A DNA stretch of 49,376 bases from Nemertoderma westbladi (Eukaryota > Animalia > Xenacoelomorpha), in the NCBI GenBank assembly GCA_032718475.1, contig JAUCBJ010002599.1, positions 1-49,376 of the forward strand, written 5' to 3'. The notes below the pieces were generated by a model that made no database searches, had not been told where the DNA came from, and saw only the letters and a program-made list of their open reading frames with translations. The position numbers and the translations under genes were made by a program. Shown one piece after another: positions 46,393-49,376 of this stretch (positions are counted from its first letter, which is position 1; each line of letters starts with the position of its first letter).

Positions 46393-48961
46393 CTAGTTCG
46401 TTCCACCTGACATTGGGAACCATCTCAACTCTTTCCCTCTGTCGTCCTCCTCCCTTGGTCGCTTCCTGGCCGCTGCCGCTCCTTTGGTCTTATCTCCCTT
46501 CAGGCTCCTGACCCTTGCCGTCACCTCTCTACTAATCCCGGTCGTCGACTCCTTGGGCGCTGGTGTTATTAGCTCCCGGTATCGCTTCGTGGGTGGCCCC
46601 TCCGAGTGGCCCTGTTGTCTCCCCCTGGTGGCGTCCCATAGGATCACTTTCATCGCCCGCGGCACATGCTCCGCCAAGAAATCTCTGAACTCCCCTCTGT
46701 TCTGTGGCGTCCACCTGTCCAAATACCTCTGCGTATTTATCACCCCGGCATACTACGCCGCCGTCGCTACCTCCTGGTAGGTAAACGGAAGTCTCCGTTT
46801 GATAATCTCAAAGTGGGCCTCCTGGTTGATGTTAAAGAAGCCCCACCGGAACTCCTGGGCCTTCATACGTTGCCGAGTCATGGCCCCGACGTCGGCCCAC
46901 TCCTCGAAGATCCTAAACTTCTCTTCATCGTCCATCCAGTCGCACTGGCGTCCGTAGTGCCCCCGGAAGTTACACTTCGAACACCGGTTGTGCAACTGTG
47001 GACTTGCCCCCATCCTGTGGCTTGACTCGCAGCAGTAGAGACAACTAGTCCCTTTCTGGAACCAGTATAGACAGCTCCTTTCCTGGTGGGTTTGCCTCCC
47101 ACAGTAATCACAGCCGAGCACCAATGTCTCCCGCCCCACGTCGTCTTTCGTCCCAAGCGATCTCCGCGGTCTGTGGAGTCGCTGGTAAGCGAACTTCTGG
47201 ACGTTAGCATCCCTGTCCACGTCGATCTCCTCGCCCCTCCCGGGCATCGTCTCCCCGAATACTACCCGTGGTGCCATTCCCGGTTGCTCGCCCAACCTGA
47301 TGGTGCTCCCCGCGAAATCCATCGCCGGCTCCTCATGCACCCAGGCCCGCTTGCCGGGTCTATCCCAGAAGGCTCTCACCCCACAGGCCGTCACCACCCT
47401 CCCGCCAACCCAGTCCGTGTCCGAGTGGCCGATTCTCCCGATGGGCGGCATCTCTCCGAATTCGTCGTCATCCTCGTCCTCCTCTGGGAGTGGCTCCAAC
47501 CTCTGTATCCCGGTGGACCCACTGTGTCCCTTCCCGCCTTGGCTCTCGCCCATGACTTTCAATCCTTCCAGCTCCCCTAGCCTCCTTAGCGGGTGATCGC
47601 CCTCGGCGCCCGCTGGTATGGGCGTCGTCTGCAATTCCGATGTCGACTGTTTCGGTGATCCCACCGTCCACCCTAATTCTCGCCCTAGAGACTCCCCCGA
47701 ACTCCCTGATGACGTCCAACGAAGTTCGTCTAAGGCCGCCTGTTCCTCGAAGCCGTAGCTCTGCACTCTAGCTTCTTCCTCCCTTTCCTCTGCCTCTCTC
47801 CTTTCCTGTCTAGCGATTTCTTCCAATCGCTTCGCTTCTCGTCTATCCGCCTCTAGCTGCTCCCATCTCTGATACGGCGTATCCACCTCCCCGTCTACCA
47901 GATGTCGGTAGTTATAGTACACCGACTCGCCCTTCAGCCCCGGGTGGTCTACCAGACCCTCGAAAGCCGTCTTGAAGGCTCTTCTGTAGCTCAGGGGTGA
48001 TCCCGAAAGCAGGAATGCCGTCGGTTCATTCTCAATGACGATGGCCATGAATAGGTTAAGCAAACCCATCATTATCCAGTCCTCCTGCAGGATATATCGC
48101 TTCTGATATACCTTTATCGCTCCTCTCCGGAATTGATACACCTCTTGTTTCCCTGGCCTCGCTCCCCACTTCAGCGAGTTCGCCAACTCCGCTCCGTACT
48201 CCTCTCTGAACTTACTCCAGTCCATTGGTTTGTGACACACGAGCCCCATTAGCTGGCCCATCGCCACCACTCCACAATGGCCTGAGTTCTCCACTAGTCC
48301 CAACCCGTCTGGTGCTGTCATAGCCATGTAGACCATCTGCATATCCAGAAGGTTGGGGGTGTCCGGACTGATGATTCTCTCCGCATCGTCGCAAATCGCC
48401 GATCCTACTTTCGTCGTCGACTTCTCTCTCACTAGGGTTTGCACCGCCTTCGGCAACCGGTTCAACTTCGGCCCGTCCTTCTTTCCATATGTCCCTAGAT
48501 CGAATAGGAATATATCCCCATTTGGCGAGGCCAAATGTAGGAGTATGGTTCTGGCCGACCCCGCCGATCCTCTCCTCGAACCCTCCTCGTCTTCCATGGT
48601 CCCCTCATCGTCTAGGACCATGTATCCTCCTCTGCTGACGGACTCTACAAACCTCTTCCAATCCTTTCTCGGTGGCTCCCTTGCGTACTTTGGAATCCCG
48701 AACTTCGCTTCGTCTCCTTTCACCACATAGTGGAAATGCTCGAAGATCGCGTTGTCCAGCGATGGCGTCCCGTAGGTCCCGACCAGCCGCTGTTCGTGCA
48801 CCTCCCTGAAATGGTCTTGTAGCGCTCGCGCTCCGTGACCTTTCTCTAACCACTCGTAGTATCCCCTTATCTTCTCTTCCGGATGCCTCTTGGGTGAAAT
48901 CCACCAGTATTTCCTTTCCTCCTGACTCCGCCTTTCTCTTTCTGATCAGTTTCCCCGCCAT
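46393..48961 (-). pseudogene. DEDD 3'-5' exonuclease / CCHC-knuckle ORF of element C (one +1 frameshift near 48893, one TAG at 46753)
   Basis: 682-aa open segment 46753-48801 with the same motifs as 28656-31202. Confidence 0.82.
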
Positions 48962-49376
48962 TTCGAACTCTCTCACTCGCTCACCTGTAAGGTGGTGCCT
49001 TGCCAAGGCGCAGTACAGATGAGTGATAAAGTTAGGATGGTCTGTACAGTTCGACAATGGCCTAGCTCTTACTTAACTTCGAGTTTTCTCCTAATTTTCC
49101 CTACTTAATTTCTAAAACTGCTAAATTGTACCCTAAATTGTAATTTTGTCCGTTACTTTAATTATGTTCCAGAATATTTTCCTACTGTTACCATAATTTG
49201 TCTAATTTCTGCCTTTTATTTTTATTTTAATTTAATTCAATCCTACTACTGTGCTACTACTTATTATTGCCGATGGATTACTCTATTTCATAATCCACTT
49301 TCTGGCCTACTCTGTGGGCTTGTGCAGTACAACAGTATGCGTCGCGTAGCCTACATGATTTATCCAGCTGTACTTA

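Larger units (their letters stand above)
45125..49376 (-). mobile_element. LTR element C: diverged relative of element B, 3' part only (runs off the window)
   Basis: 3' LTR 45125-45709 (TGTTAG...GTCACA on minus), PPT at 45710-45719; 3' UTR, exonuclease ORF and upstream spacer are colinear with 28245-32445. Confidence 0.93.

Overview
Eukaryotic (probably invertebrate animal) DNA made almost entirely of nested transposable elements; no host gene, rRNA, bona fide tRNA or CRISPR array is supported. Boundaries could be fixed by target-site duplications (TSDs) for most insertions. The window holds four LTR elements: A 6080-11167 (TSD TACAC); a deleted Gypsy-type element 16678-18933 (TSD CCGT); B 20841-32445 (TSD GGGTA); and C, a diverged relative of B on the minus strand from 45125 to the window end. 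It also holds many LINE pieces (L2, RTE, CR1, CRE, and a Proto2/RTEX-like host LINE split by three younger insertions), a tRNA-derived SINE, two TTAA-flanked piggyBac-like non-autonomous elements, P-element transposase remnants, a local duplication and several satellites. Two observations stand out. (1) The B/C family is a BEL/Pao-type element: B keeps gag and protease but has no recognisable RT, RNase H or integrase core. It carries an ~850-codon extra ORF with a WRN/Mut-7/EXD-like DEDD 3'-5' exonuclease and three CCHC knuckles, apparently under purifying selection between B and C. (2) None of the three LTR elements with a visible 5' LTR has a TGG-type tRNA primer-binding site. In A and B the bases at that position are instead complementary to a tract inside their own LTR, suggesting self-primed reverse transcription. 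All family assignments are from motif recognition by eye, not database searches.
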